DNA of 64,000 nt from Dendrobates tinctorius (lineage: Eukaryota), in assembly GCF_039654945.1 (NCBI RefSeq), contig NW_027361723.1:2480001-2544000 (forward strand), read 5' to 3'. Below are positions 62,930-64,000 of the stretch, piece after piece (position 1 is the first letter of the stretch; the number at the start of each line of letters is the position of its first letter). A model generated the notes under the pieces. It was not told the DNA's origin, searched no databases, and saw only the letters and a list, made by a program, of their open reading frames with translations. A program made the position numbers and the translations under genes.

Positions 62930-64000
62930 TGTGACGGACTCAGCTCCTGCTGAGCCCATTTTTTGAGTGGACCCTCTGGGTCGTGGCACCCACCCACCGA
63001 GGGCGAGCTGACCTTGTGAGAATCCACCCCCTATACAGGGAGTGTCAGGGGCAAGACCAAGGGGGTGAGCCACCACGACTGCTGGGACCAGACGGCCGGC
63101 TCAGGGGACACTAGACGAGTGTCTGACGACAAGGACAAGCAGGAAGCAAGACGAGACTAGACGTAGGTGCAAGGTATCTTCATTAGAATAACACAAGATC
63201 ACATACAGAGAAAACAAGCAAAACGTGCAAGGTGCGCGCGTGGGCACGCCAAGGTCCATAACATGGTACGTGCCAGATGGCACGCCTAGGCACAGGTAAT
63301 GGCAAGATGGCATCGGACTCCGGACTGCTGGCAAACCGACAGGGTCCAGGGATCAGGCTGCGGACGTCAGCTCCGGACATCAGGCCGTAGTCATCTGGTT
63401 CCGGACCTCTGGCAACGGTCGGCAGGTTCCGGGCATCCGGCAGGCAAACCAGGGTTCAGGCAAGGAGGCACGACAGATATCCAAGCAGGGTGCGTGTTTA
63501 GGGAACACGCCAAGGTCCAAGGCTAGGTGCGTGTGTAGGGGACACGCCAGGGTCCAAGGCTAGGTGCGTGTGTAGGGGACACACCAGGGTTCAAGACTAG
63601 GTGCAAGGCAAGGTGCGTGTGTAGCCACGCCAAAGCATAGAATAAGACAGTGCGTGTAGAGACACGCCAAGGTACAAGGTATAAGACAGAGTGCGTGTAG
63701 AGACACGCCAAGGTTCAAGGTACAAGACAGAGTGCGTGTAGAGACACGCCAAGGTACAAGACAGAGTGCGTGTAGAGACACGCCAAGGCACAAGACAGAG
63801 TGCGTGTAGAGACACGCCAAGGCACAAGACAGAGTGCGTGTAGAGACACGCCAAGGCACAAGACAGAGTGCGTGTAGAGACACGCCAGGGTTCAGAGCAG
63901 GGTGCGTGCTAGGAGCCACGCCAGGGCACAAGGAAGGGCTGCGTGCTAGGAGCCACGCAGGGACGCACACCTCACTGGCCAATGCACACGGCTGTAACGC
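62930..64000. mobile_element. Probable LTR-type insertion into the hAT transposase
   Basis: Transposase similarity stops abruptly at TGTGACGG; the other end is not in the window. Confidence 0.5.
63490..63960. repeat. ~34-bp minisatellite
   Basis: Unit CAAGACAGAGTGCGTGTAGAGACACGCCAAGGCA. Confidence 0.9.

Overview
This is eukaryotic DNA, most likely an anuran amphibian (inferred from the TE families and histone sequences), and it is very repeat-rich. The core (about 23.9-37.0 kb) is a replication-dependent histone cluster with canonical promoters and 3' stem-loops: psiH4> H2B> H4> H1> H3> <H4 <H2B H2A>. A ~2.3-kb inverted duplication (H2B-spacer-H4) encloses H1 and H3. Two closely related hAT transposons with intact ~1,175-aa BED-finger transposase ORFs lie on either side, tail-to-tail. 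The right copy is complete (41759-50317, 13-bp TIR, 8-bp TSD) and has inserted into the GPI-signal codons of a Ly6/three-finger gene that the ORF track does not resolve. Both copies carry a ~470-bp diverged 18S rRNA-derived segment, antisense to the transposase, inside a mosaic 3' region; this is the most unusual observation in the window. The remainder is nested TEs (Tc1, DIRS1, three CR1, Rex1/Babar, LTRs, non-autonomous hAT, piggyBac-like and Harbinger-like MITEs) and minisatellites, one of which is an amplified H1 3'-processing (HDE) signal. All alignments were done by eye.
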